Source: Macrostomum lignano
Taxonomy: Eukaryota
DNA length: 64,000 nucleotides
Assembly: GCA_002269645.1 (NCBI GenBank)
Contig: NIVC01001688.1
Span: 1-64,000, forward strand
Reading direction: 5' to 3'
In this document: piece by piece, positions 48,428-64,000 of the stretch
Position numbering within the stretch: the stretch's first letter is position 1
Layout of the letters: every line of letters starts with the position of its first letter
The notes under the pieces: generated by a model
What the model saw: only the letters and a program-made list of their open reading frames with translations
What the model was told of the DNA's origin: nothing
Databases searched by the model: none
Program-made: the position numbers and the translations under genes

Positions 48428-48815
48428 TGAGAATCGCCCGTACCCCTCCACCGCCCCCCCCCCTGAGAATCGCCCGTATTCCTCAACCGCCCCCCTAAGA
48501 ATCGCCCGTGTTCCTCAACCGCCCCCCTGAGAATCGCCCGTACTCCTCAGCCGCCCCCTGAGAATCGCCCGTACTCCTCAACCGCCCCCCTGAGAATCGC
48601 CCGTACTCCTCAGCCGCCCCCTGAGAATCGCCCGTACTCCTCAACCGCCCCCCTGAGAATCGCCCGTACTCCTCAACCGCCCCCCTGAGAATCGCCCGTA
48701 CTCCTCAACCGCCCCCCTGAGAATCGCCCGTACTCCTCAACCGCCCCCCTGAGAATCGCCCGTACTCCTCAACCGCCCCCCTGAGAATCGCCCGTACCCT
48801 CACCCGTACCCCAAG
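48428..48815. repeat. 32-mer minisatellite GAGAATCGCCCGTACTCCTCAACCGCCCCCCT just 3' of SmD2
   Basis: About 12 units read directly. Confidence 0.9.
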
Positions 48816-48971
48816 AATCGCTGTCTGCTAAAATTTTTACTCAAAATTCACGAATTATTTATCTTATTGGTACCTAATTTTTTTATCTTACTAATTAAGC
48901 TGTAATTTTGATGTTACATAGGTTTAATATTAATAATTATTTGTTTAGGATTGGTTTGCATTTGTGAATTA

Positions 48972-49121
48972 CGAGGGCTGTCCCAAAAGTAGTGTTACTT
49001 TTGATTATATCTCTCCTAACGAGAGATATCCAAACGACATCATTTTGCACAGTTTTATAGCGGCAACTCTATTCTCGATAATAACTTAAAATCTAACACA
49101 GCACTTGTGGGACAGCCCAAA
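48972..49121. mobile_element. Mariner-type MITE (~150 bp)
   Basis: TA-CGAGGGCTGTCCCAAAAGT left end and ACTTGTGGGACAGCCC right end (inverted); the extreme right tip is degenerate. Confidence 0.65.
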
Positions 49122-49784
49122 TAATAACCGTAATTAATAAATCCGGTTTGTGCATATTCTGCTACTTATTAGTAGTAGAAGGCAACTTGGCAAGCTGTTT
49201 TTTGCTAATAGCTCTGTTTTGCAATGTTTAGTAATCTGTAATTATTGCGGTCTTTGTTCGATCTTTTTCCTTCTACTAATTAGCCACACCTGGGAGCTGG
49301 AAATTTGGTCACTGGATCCTTTGATATCCGATAATCACCTGTGTATACCTGTGATTTAATCGTGTCTGAGCTACTTTCCAAAGTCACATTCGAGCTCTCT
49401 AACTTCGTTTCAAAATCTTTTTAAGAAACAAGTGTCCCTTCCTAGTGGTCCTTGATCTTGATTATTAGCTGGGTTAGGAGGCAAGCAGTCACACGCTCAC
49501 ACTGTATCTACATGTAATATTACTTAACTTCCCCCCTTGTCAGGTGTTGAAACAGTTTGCTTGTCGGGCGTCAGCTTGGTGGATGCATTTCAACTTGATG
49601 CTAGATGGCTGCGCTTAATTCTATGATATAGGATGAATCAGATTTTGGGTGTTGCCAGATTTTTTTTAAATCCAGTGTTTTTAGCTTCATGGGGTCATGC
49701 ATGAATTCAATATTTACGAATAGCATACATTTTGGGCTTTCTGCATGCTCCTAATGGTGGCGGTCCTTTTGATTGTGGCCTCTA

Positions 49785-50345
49785 ATAATCCACGATGGTC
49801 CTTTGGGTGGCGACAGGTTACACACGATGGTCCTTTGGATGGCGAAAAGTTTGCACACGATGGTCCTTTGGATGGCGACAAGTTTGCACACGATGGTCCT
49901 TTGGATGGCGACAAGTTTGCACACGATGGTCCTTTGGATGGCGACAGGTTACACACGATGGTCCTTTGGGTGAGGACAGGTTACACACGATGGTCCTTTG
50001 GGTGAGGACAGGTTACACACGATGGTCCTTTGGATGGCGACAGGTTACACACGATGGTCCTTTGGGTGAGGACAGGTTACACACGATGGTCCTTTGGGTG
50101 AGGACAGGTTACACACGATGGTCCTTTGGGTGAGGACAGGTTACACACGATGGTCCTTTGGGTGAGGACAGGTTACACACGATGGTCCTTTGGGTGAGGA
50201 CAGGTTACACACGATGGTCCTTTGGGTGAGGACAGGTTACACACGATGGTCCTTTGGGTGAGGACAGGTTACACACGATGGTCCTTTGGGTGAGGACAGG
50301 TTACACACGATGGTCCTTTGGGTGAGGACAGGTTACACACGATGG
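49785..50345. repeat. 32/33-mer minisatellite ACACGATGGTCCTTTGGGTGAGGACAGGTTAC
   Basis: Units read directly. Confidence 0.9.
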
Positions 50346-50844
50346 TCTAGCAGCTTCTAGTTCCTGTCTGGGATTATCTCAGCAAATCTACAATTAAATT
50401 CAAGCCTTTTTTGTTTTGAATCGTTGCTGATATCATAATCTTCTTAAATCACAAAAAACTCTGGTACGTGCTTTTAGAAGCAGAAGACGGACTTGAGAGT
50501 TGTACGCAAGATTAGCTGCATGCTTTTCAAGTGTTGGATTATCAAGAATCGGTGGAGGCTGAGTGAGTGACTTGATGGCACCTCGTCTCCAATGGACAAT
50601 TCAAATTTTCTAACTTGCTTTTTTCGCGGTTCCCTAGTTAAACGAATTCGTGATGCCGAGTTTGCTAAAGCAGATCATGCAGTTCGCACTGGTGGTGCCT
50701 GCTTTTTTAATTGCATTTCTATTTATCCGCTGAGTGCGAGTAGGGAACGGGCTGTATACTAGGGATTTGAGTGAAAACTCGGGACAGGGCTGCTTTGGAA
50801 ATACAATTGAACTCAAGCTACCACAATGATTTAGTGCGTCTAAA

Positions 50845-52850
50845 GACTCAGTGACCTACTCCAAGGATTCGGTGACCTACTCCAAGGATTCAGTGACCTA
50901 CTCCAAGGATTCGGTGACCTACTCCAAGGATTCAGTGACCTACTCCAAGGATTCAGTGACCTACTCCAAGGATTCAGTGACCTACTCCAAGGATTCGGTG
51001 ACCTACTCCAAGGATTCAGTGACCTACTCCAAGGATTCAGTGACCTACTCCAAGGATTCGGTGACCTACTCCAAGGATTCGGTGACCTACTCCAAGGATT
51101 CGGTGACCTACTCCAAGGATTCGGTGACCTACTCCAAGGATTCAGTGACCTACTCCAAGGATTCAGTGACCTACTCCAAGGATTCGGTGACCTACTCCAA
51201 GGATTCTGTGACCTACTCCAAGGATTCGGTGACCTCAAATGATTCAGTGCCTTACAACTTTAGTGTCCCACTCCAGGGATTCAGTGACCTACTCCAAGGA
51301 TTCGGTGACCTACTCCAAGGATTCAGTGACCTCAAATGATTCAGTGCCTTACAAATTTAGTGACCTACTCCAGGGATTCAGTGACCTACTCCAGGGATTC
51401 GGTGACCTCCAAGGATTCGGTGACCTACTCCAAGGATTCGGTGACCTCAAATGATTCAGTGCCTTACAACTTTAGTGTCCCACTCCAGGGATTCAGTGAC
51501 CTACTCCAAGGATTCGGTGACCTACTCCAAGGATTCAGTGACCTACTCCAAGGATTCGGTGACCTACTCCAAGGATTCGGTGACCTCAAATGATTCAGTG
51601 CCTTACAACTTTAGTGTCCCACTCCAGGGATTCAGTGACCTACTCCAAGGATTCGGTGACCTACTCCAAGGATTCGGTGACCTACTCCAAGGATTCAGTG
51701 ACCTACTCCAAGGATTCGGTGACCTACTCCAATGAGTCAGTGACCTACTCCAGCAATTCAGTGACCTACTCCAAGGATTCAGTGACCTCAAATGATTCAG
51801 TGCCTTACAAATTTAGTGACCTACTCCAGGGATTCAGTGACCTACTCCAGGGATTCGGTGACCTACTCCAAGGATTCGATGACCTACTCCAAGGATTCGG
51901 TGACCTACTCCAAGGATTCGGTGACCTCAAATGATTCAGTGCCTTACAACTTTAGTGTCCCACTCCAGGGATTCAGTGACCTACTCCAAGGATTCGGTGA
52001 CCTACTCCAAGGATTCAGTGACCTCAAATGATTCAGTGCCTTACAAATTTAGTGACCTACTCCAGGGATTCAGTGACCTACTCCAGGGATTCGGTGACCT
52101 CCAAGGATTCGGTGACCTACTCCAAGGATTCGGTGACCTCAAATGATTCAGTGCCTTACAACTTTAGTGTCCCACTCCAGGGATTCAGTGACCTACTCCA
52201 AGGATTCAGTGACCTCAAATGATTCAGTGCCTTACAAATTTAGTGACCTACTCCAGGGATTCCGTGACCTACTCCAAGGATTCGGTGACCTACTCCAAGG
52301 ATTCGGTGACCTCAAATGATTCAGTGCCTTACAACTTTAGTGTCCCACTCCAGGGATTCAGTGACCTACTCCAAGGATTCAGTGACCTACTCTAAGGATT
52401 CAGTGACCTACTCCAGGGATTCAGGGACCTACTCCAAGGATTCAGTGACCTACTCCAATGAGTCAGTGACCTACTCCAGCAATTCAGTGACCTACTTCAA
52501 GGATTCAGTGACCTCAAATGATTCAGTGCCTTACAAATTTAGTGACCTACTCCAGGGATTCAGTGACCTACTCCAGGGATTCGGTGACCTACTCCAAGGA
52601 TTCGATGACCTACTCCAAGGATTCGGTGACCTACTCCAAGGATTCGGTGACCTCAAATGATTCAGTGCCTTACAACTTTAGTGTCCCACTCCAGGGATTC
52701 AGTGACCTACTCCAAGGATTCAGTGACCTCAAATGATTCAGTGCCTTACAACTTTAGTGACCTTACTCCAGGGATTCAGTGACCTACTCCAGGGATTTAG
52801 TGACCTACTCCAAGGATTCAGTGACCTACTCCAATGATTCAGTGACCTAA
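50845..52850. repeat. 21-mer satellite GTGACCTACTCCAAGGATTC(A/G) with higher-order blocks
   Basis: Units read directly; variant blocks recur about 0.7 kb apart. Confidence 0.95.
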
Positions 52851-53227
52851 CCCTAATACTCAAGCACATCCACATGCTCAAGTATAATAACCAAGGAAAG
52901 CACAGAAATCCTTAATGACATTGCATATGTGAGTGTAACAGAAGCAGCGCTTAAACCATTACAGTGGCGTTAAATAGCAATAAAACAATTTGTCGTAAAT
53001 TCCACACGTTTTAAGTACATGTACAGGGGCTTCGTTCCGGTCAATGTACTCGTAACATTGGATGCTTCAATGGATGAGTCACTAACGTAAAAGTGCACGA
53101 TACGGTACATCGAATTCCGATAAAAAATGTTTATTGATCAGCGTTACGCAATGTTGACAATAAAAATGTGACCAACTCGACCAACGCTCGGGCAGCTCGC
53201 GCTCGGTGGCATCGGTCTGCTGCGCCT

Positions 53228-56412
<3,185 letters not shown>

Positions 56413-57314
56413 CTGGAGGAAAACTAGTTTTACTTACTCTTTTCCCGTTTCCTCCCCAGACCGCGGAGGCTGGGGTGGGTGCGATCCCCAACTCGAATCC
56501 CATTGGCTGTGCAGCGGCTGACGGGTTCGCTCCTCCCCCGCAACCCGTGTTTGAGTCCTGCTCAAACTTGAGTATTGCTCATTCAATGCGATTGATTGGG
56601 AGTGAAGCAATGATAGCGGCGGATAATGCTTATTGGGATTTGAATCCTTCTGATCCGTCTGCTTTCGTAGTTCGCTCCCAGCTCCCTGGACTTGTGGAGT
56701 TCCAAAGTGGAAATGAAATCATTACCTGTGGAAGCTCCGGTGTCTGACGTTGTCTCCGCCTCATTCACTCCTTATTGTCAGATCTGTAGCTTCTTCATAT
56801 TCTTCTTTTCTTCAAAGCAATTTGTCGTCGAAAAAGCTGGGAAGATTGCAAGTGCCGTCACGCAAAGCGACTCGACATGGAATTGATAGCGGGGCTGTTG
56901 AAGCCCCTGATCCGCTGCGTCACGGCAGCCAGTCTCAATTCTAGTTCGACGTTTTCGAAAGCTTCTTTTCTCTCTCTGTAGTCAGTTTCTTTGTTGGCGG
57001 CTCTTCCAGGCTGGGTCGTAAGAGTTGACTGCTTGCTTTTTAGCGAAGCAGAGCAGTGGGGAAAGTTTGTCTTATCCCAGTGTGCCCCTCCCTGCCAACC
57101 TAAGCACAGCTCAGATTAACTGGGCTTGGCAACGGAGTTCAACCGGCTACAAAGGCGGACTGTGCTCGCGATAGTTGAGCTTAAATTGCATTTTTGTTGC
57201 ATGCTCTTGTAGATTCTTTCAACTTTCACATGCCCGTCGTTATGAAGAGTGGCCGCTCTGCAAGCTTTCACATTGGAGCGCTGAATGTTATTGCGGCTGT
57301 CATGTGATCCACTT

Positions 57315-57715
57315 GGGTGGCGCTGTGTGAATGGATATGGCGTTGTGTGAATGGAGGTGGCGCTGTGTGAATTGAGGAATCGCTGTGGGAATGGTTGGAG
57401 CGCTGTGTGAATTGCGGTGGCGCTGTGTGAATAAAAGAGGCATTTTGTGAATTGAAGAGGCGCTGTGTGAATTGGGGTGGTGCTGTGTGAATGGAGGTGG
57501 TGCTGTGTCAATGGATGGGGCGCTGTGTGAATTGAGGAATCACTGTGTCAATGGTTGGATCGCTGTGTGAATTGCGGTGGCGCTGTGTGAATGGAGGTGG
57601 CGCTGTGTGAATGGAGGTGGCGCTGTGTGAATAAAAGAGGCATTTTGTGAATTGAGGAGACGCTGTGTGAATTGGGGTGGCGCTGTGTGAATCGGGGTGG
57701 CACTATGTGAATGGG
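57315..57715. repeat. ~20-mer minisatellite GTGGCGCTGTGTGAATGGAG
   Basis: Units read directly. Confidence 0.9.
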
Positions 57716-60224
57716 TGGGGCGAATGGACGAGTTTCAAATTCGGAGTTGCCATTTTGGATGCAAATGACGACAAAGTGGCAGGCAAACCCTCGCCCAGAA
57801 CTGAGCACAGATGCCGCTTCGTAAGAAAGATTCGTGGCTCGAGCAGACAAGAAAGAGAAAGGTAGATAGCAGATTTGCCGGATTGTGCGGCTTCCCCGAG
57901 TCCGAGCCTCTTCGTGTCTTCTTGTTCACGCAGAACTGAACTTGGCCTGCGGAAGAAGCCGCAACAAAGGGCTTTTGTCGACGGCAAGGGCTGGTAATTG
58001 CTTCATAGACACCGAATATTGACTGCAAAATCTGGATTTCCCTTCGGGCTTCTTTCCACTTGGCCGCGGAGGATTTTGCAGAAATCAATCACTTTCTGTT
58101 TCGTTATGTATGGGGTAAATAGAAGCAGAAGATTTGTTGCAAGCAGCGCAGAAGCAAGCAGTGGCACGCTTGGCCGGCCCCGCGATCCCCGAGTTTGAGT
58201 CGGGCACTGCACCACCGAAGTCCTGGCTGGAAATCGATGCGCGCACAATGGGGAAATGCGGTGCGCGTTTCACACTCCACTGAAACATTTCTCTTTCTTT
58301 TGCGTTGCTGGCCCATCTATAGCCGCTCGCATCCGCCATGGCCTACTTTGCATTTTTTAATTCCCCATAATTTCCCAGCCTTGCAGTTATAAGCTGTTAT
58401 CGCAGTTCAACAAGCGGCAGCTCCCAGGACCGCCTGATCCCAGTGACAGATTAGGAGCTCAAACTCCGCTCCTAGTTCACGTGCTCAAGTTTTACAATGT
58501 TAAACGAAGCGATCATTCTCTCCCTCATACACATTTCTCAGTCAGGCAGGCCCCTTATTTGTAAGTCCGACAACAGCTTATCGGCCCGAAGCACTGGGCC
58601 GCCTCTGGAGTCGCCGCTTGAAATTCTCTATGACGCTGTTGGCCTGCAATGAAATAAAATATTCTGTTTTTTTAATCCCCTTCTTCCCCTCCTCCCAGTC
58701 CGAAAAACTGCTGATGGAATCGGGAGGGCTCTAATCTCCCGCCTCTTCCCTTAACCCCTTTATAGCGGCCAATATGCATCAGCTTTCACCAGGATACGTA
58801 ATCCACTTTGCCCAACACCTAGGCCACTAATGGCCGATCCAGTGAGCTGGCATAAGTCGAGCGCGAGCAGGCGAACACTGCATTCGGCCAAGGTGTGAAG
58901 AGCACAGCACTGATCCTGCCCACCCACTGCAGCCATGGCGTTGACAGCTATACCAGGGACTGTGTATGCAGCCACAGTAATTAGTATATACCCACTCTAT
59001 AAATGATTCTCGTCTCCAAGGCCCCGCCAGCCTGCCCGTCCCATTCCCATTGGGCCAGAACGGAAAATCCACTCTGATAAAAACGCCTCAACAGTTCCAT
59101 AGGTCTGCCTGCGTTGTCGAATATTTTTCAATTACGCTGAGCAGCCACTTCAGCGTAGGCGCCTTCCTAACCCCAGCGGTGCGAGCACTCGCATGACACT
59201 TTTCTGAGAAGATCATTCGAGGAGAAACAGAAAATAGGGTAGGGGGGATGGCACAGAGCAAGCGAAGAGAAAGGAGACCCCTGCCCGCTTGTCAGGCAAA
59301 GTCACAGCTGAGAGTAATTGTTGTGGAGTGTTTCAACTGCATGGCACCGCCAGAAGGAACCCGAATGATCAAAACTGCAATACCAGCTCAACCAGTGCGC
59401 TCAACGGGCCGTGCAAAGGAAGGTCTTTGTCCAGCCAATTGGGGGAGAAGGTGTTTTAAGTTTCTGCGGTCGGTTACAAGGCACGTCCATGCCAGGTGTC
59501 ACCAGGGGGGGGGGGGTGACTCGTGGCTGAGGGAATCCCATCAAGCCTGGGGTTTGGCACGTATCCTCCCCCCTACCCCCCCCCAACCCCCAGGTTTTCT
59601 GCTTGTTTTTTATTTGAATTCTTCAATCCCGCGTGGAGAAGCAATTTCTGCAACAAACCAACCAGAAGCAAATCAATTCGAAATTACATGCTTTATATTT
59701 ATAACCGAAAATGCGTAAAAGCAGAAGCAAGAGCAACCCTCTTCAGAGAGGAAGCTCAGGTGGCACGGGCTGTTACTGATCACTGACAAGGGCCCCGCCC
59801 CAGTCTCCTCAATCTCAGATCCCCTTCATCACTATTTCACACTTATCCCCATTTATTCTTTGCCCTCGGCGGCCGTGGCTGCGGAAGGCACTCAAGCCGG
59901 GCGAGTTTGCGTCTCCCTGCGTTGCGCAAGTTCCGCTCTGCTATTAGGAGCAGCAAGCGGCAGCAGCCTCTCAACCTGCAGCCTCCTTAACCCGCATCCA
60001 CTTGTGGCCAGGAGCAGAATGCCGCTGAGGAGCCTTCGAGAGCTGCAACTAGCAGCTGACACCGAGTGCTCAGTTCTGCTTTTTTCTGTTCAATCTTCTT
60101 CTACTCGCTGCTGCGATGGAGTTTCAGCAAGATTGAAACTGTCTGCTTTTTTGCAGACTGGCACTGCGCACAGATATCTTCTCGCCTTGGACTTCTGCTT
60201 TTGGTCTGGGTGTATGAGGCATGA

Positions 60225-60535
60225 GCTCTCTGCCTTCTCCCCTCTCCCTCTCCCCTCTCATCTCCCATCTCCCCTCTCCCCTCTCCCCTCTCCCCTCTCC
60301 CCTCTCCCCTCTCCCTGTCTCTTCTCTCTCCCCTCTCCCCTCTCCCTCTCTCTTCTCTCTCCCATATCTCCTCTCTCTCCTCTTTCTTCTCCCCTCTCTA
60401 TTCTGTATCCTTTCTCTCCCCTCTCCCCTCTCCCTCTCCCCTTTCTCTTTTCCCCTCTCTCACCTCCCCCTCTCTCTTTTCGCTCTCTCCCCTCTCTCCT
60501 CTTCCCTATCCCCTCACTCTTCTGCCTCTCTCCTC
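60225..60535. repeat. Polypyrimidine (CT-rich) low-complexity tract
   Basis: Read directly. Confidence 0.9.
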
Positions 60536-61677
60536 TACTAGATTTTCTCAGAAGCTAACAAGTCTGTTCGGCCGCAATGGAAAAGCAGACATGAAACTGA
60601 CCTCAGCAAAGCAGCCCAGCAGCAGGGCTGGGTTATGTCAGATTAAAGTTGTCCAGCTTTTTGTAATAAAGCAAATTAATGCTTCGGTTTCAATACGCCG
60701 GCCATGAAAAAATTGAAATATGCCAAACCAAAAGAAACAGAGAAAGAATCAAATTTCAGCATCAAGATGAAAACTGCAGATCTTTTCAGTAGCCAACAAT
60801 TCCCCCTTTTCGGATTAGCTCTATGTAGCGAAAAAAAGCAGAGATTACTTACTCAAGCTCAGCTAAGAGCTAATTCTGTATTCTCAGGTGCGCGTTAAAT
60901 TCATTCGCTGGCACAAAGAGAAGAGTCGGGACAGATTAAGAAGGCCCCCCCGCTTAGGCATCTGCAGGCCTTCATCTTCTCTTCTGCTCGCTTTGAAATT
61001 CGACTCTCACAAAGAAGTGACTTGAGAAAATATTCCTGCCGAATATGGAGGGGGGCTCCCGACCGGCTACTTCCAATGGGTAGGCAAATTTTTGGCTACA
61101 GTAATTTTTGAGCAGCGCTGAGCCAAAACAGATGCCTATCTTCTCCATCAAGTCTAATTTCTAAGTATAAACAGAGTAGGAAAAATAGAGATAAAGACTC
61201 CGGAGGAAGGAGGGCCGCCAAGGACATCTGGAATCAAGAGTCTGGACTGGCATCTACTTCCGGGTCCTATATTCCGTTCGTGGCTCGACAATGAGACAGT
61301 CAGCTGGCCGTTGTGCACCCTGGATGAGCGCGTGGCCTGCGTACGTTACCGAATTTCGGTCAGGAGATCTCCTTGGCTGAGCGAGCTCTCTTCATCGTGA
61401 AACAATCTTGATCAGAGCTGGCCTGCCTTCACTCGCTTGGCCAGAGCCTCTTTTCCTGCGTTCGCATTCAATATTGAATTCCTATAGGATGATGGCTCTA
61501 TAGTAACCGAAGATACTGCCCTGCAGTGGAAAGATAGATATGAGGTGAAAAAATCTATGATATTCAAATCCCGTTTGGCGCTTTTGGCATCTGAAGTTTA
61601 GAGCTCGTGAAGCTTAGGGGCATCAACAACATGCACTGTGCACCAGCAACTAACAAAGTTTATGGGCATCAAGCTTA

Positions 61678-63225
61678 TGGGGATCGTGATGTTTGGGGAT
61701 CGTGAAGTTTGGGGATTATAAAGTTTGGGGATCGGGAAGTTTGGGGATCGTGAAGTTTGGGTATTATAAAGTTTGGGGATCGGGAAGTTTGGGGATCGTG
61801 AAGTTTGGGGATCGTGAAGTTTGGGGATCGTGAAGTTTGGGGATCGTGAAGTTTGGGGATCATGAAGTTTGGGATCATGAAGTTTGGTGATCGTGAAGTT
61901 TGGGGATCGGGAAGTTTGGTGATCGTGAAGTTTGGGGATCGGGAAGTTTGGGGATTATGAAGTTTGGGGATCGTGAAGTTTGGGGATCGTGAAGTTTGGG
62001 AATCGTGAAGTTTGGGGATCATGAAGTTTGGGATCATGAAGTTTGGTGATCATGAAGTTTGGGGATCGTGAAGTTTGGGGATCGTGAAGTTTGGGGATCG
62101 TGAAGTTTGGGGATCGTGAAGTTTGGGGATCGTGAAGTTTGGGGATTATAAAGTTTGGGGATCGGAAAGTTTGGGGATCGTGAAGTTTGGGGATTATAAA
62201 GTTTGGGGATCGGGAAGTTTGGGGATCGTGAAGTTTGGGTATTATAAAGTTTGGGGATCGGGAAGTTTGGGGATCGTGAAGTTTGGGGATCATGAAGTCT
62301 GGGAATCATGAAGTTTGGGATCATGAAGTTTGGGGATCGTGAAGTTTGGGGATTATGAAGTTTGGGGATCGGGAAGTTTGGTGATCGTGAAGTTTGGGGA
62401 TCGGGAAGTTTGGGGATTATGAAGTTTGGGGATCGTGAAGTTTGGGGATCGTGAAGTTTGGGGATCGTGAAGTTTGGGGATCATGAAGTTTGGGATCATG
62501 AAGTTTGGTGATCATGAAGTTTGGGGATCGTGAAGTTTGGGGATCGGGAAGTTTGGGGATCGTGAAGTTTGGGTATTATAAAGTTTGGGGATCGGGAAGT
62601 TTGGGGATCGTGAAGTTTGGGGATCATGAAGTCTGGGAATCATGAAGTTTGGGATCATGAAGTTTGGGGATCGTGAAGTTTGGGGATCGGGAAGTTTGGT
62701 GATCGTGAAGTTTGGGGATCGGGAAGTTTGGGGATTATGAAGTTTGGGGATCGTGAAGTTTGGGGATCGTGAAGTTTGGGGATCGTGAAGTTTGGGGATC
62801 ATGAAGTTTGGGATCATGAAGTTTGGTGATCATGAAGTTTGGGGATCGTGAAGTTTGGGGATCGTGAAGTTTGGGGATCGTGAAGTTTGAGGATCGTGAA
62901 GTTTGGGGATCGTGAAGTTTGGGGATCGTGAAGTTTGGGGATCGTGAAGTTTGGGGATCGTGAAGTTTGGGGATCGTGAAGTTTGGGGATTATGAAGTTT
63001 GGGGATCGGGAAGTTTGGTGATCGTGAAGTTTGGGGATCATGAAGTTTGGGGATTATAAAGTTTGGGGGTTGTGAAGTTTGGGGATCATGAAGTTTGGGA
63101 TAAAAAAGTTTGGGGATCGTGAAGTTTGGGTAATAAAGTTTGAGGATCATGAAGTTTGGGGATCATGAAGTTTGGGGATCATGAAGTTCGGGATCATGAA
63201 GTTTGGGGATCGTGAAGTTTGGGGA
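61678..63225. repeat. 16-mer satellite GGGATCGTGAAGTTTG (GATCCC core on the minus strand) with higher-order blocks
   Basis: Units read directly. Confidence 0.95.
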
Positions 63226-64000
63226 AAAGTCGAGTTCGTCCCCCTCAAAACAGTCCGCAAGGCATGGCTTCGAGTCCAGAAGGAAGTGGCCTTCACTTCT
63301 GTTTGCTTCTGCTAATAGAAGCAGGCAGAACACAACTATAACCATAGGCTTGAAAGTATCTGAAAGTGCGACTTGCCGCTCATCTTCTATTCGAGTCTGG
63401 TTCCGCTTCCTGGCACTGCCGCGGCGAGTTCCAAGCAAAACGCGCTGAAGAAGAAAAACTTATCAAAGCAAATTGGAACTTTTTTCTCTCTCTCCTCTGC
63501 TGCTTCTTGAGCGCGTACCTTCTGAGTCTGAGCGGGCTTCTGCCGAGGGGGTCTCACGCAAATGCGGGAGAAGCAGGCGGGGGGGTCAGCGGGGTCAATG
63601 GGATCAGAGGCGGGGTTTTTAAAGACACAAGCAAGCGGCGAACAGGCGCTGTTGTTGTTGGGGTTAATCAAGATTTTTCTGATTCGCCTCCTCCGAGTCC
63701 CGTATCCGTCATCGATTCCCGGATCGCGCGCTACACGGCTTCAGACTTGAGGCGTTTCAAGTGTCTCCAGTTCCTGCTTTTCGCTTTGGTTCTCAGTATG
63801 GCCATTGATAGTTGATTAGCTCGATTAACCCGACTGAGATGGCCGCCCGCTGCCTGCCCGGAGTGGAATGCTCAGAAGAGCAAGAAGGATTCCATTTTTT
63901 GTTCGCTTTCATAGAATAACTATTTCAGTTGATGGCTCATGTTCCACTATATCTGCGGGAGCTGCTCGTGTTCGATGAAAATTTCACAAGCGATTGAAGC

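Noticed and set aside
58750-58775. TTAA-CCCCTTT piggyBac-like left end
   Set aside because: No matching right TIR/TTAA found in the window.
57735-64000. Assorted 60-230 aa ORFs upstream of MyT1 (e.g. 59248-59718, 59860-60558, 63366-63815)
   Set aside because: No recognisable domains or consistent exon chains; more likely 5' regulatory or non-coding sequence.

Overview
Eukaryotic (metazoan) genomic DNA, not prokaryotic: GT-AG spliced genes with GC-rich exons in AT-rich, very minisatellite-rich sequence. The (GACA)n tracts, GATCCC-core minisatellites and Ala/Gly-rich exons resemble the flatworm Macrostomum (inference only). Eight protein-coding loci are supported: a secreted PAN + F-type (fucolectin) lectin (-), a LIV-1 zinc transporter ZIP10/foi-like (-, 5' end not found), an intronless C-type lectin + PAN gene (+), the last exon of an uncharacterised Cys-rich basic protein (-), CDC34/UBE2R (+), a two-repeat DM9 protein (+), intronless SmD2 (+), and a MyT1-family C2HC zinc-finger gene (-). 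There are also degenerate Ty3/Gypsy and LINE fragments, several MITEs with TIRs/TSDs, and about 30 tandem arrays. The long ORFs in the ORF track over these arrays (e.g. 838 aa) are repeat artefacts. No rRNA, tRNA or CRISPR was seen. I found no single clear-cut novel system. The best leads are: nearly every long intron and most gene 3' flanks carry their own array; a possible 25-nt intron in MyT1; a two-finger MyT1 with eh1 and PLDLS motifs; an array of perfect DR4 nuclear-receptor elements; three lectin families within 43 kb; and a template-switch-like scar upstream of the DM9 gene. All gene models and counts were worked out by hand.
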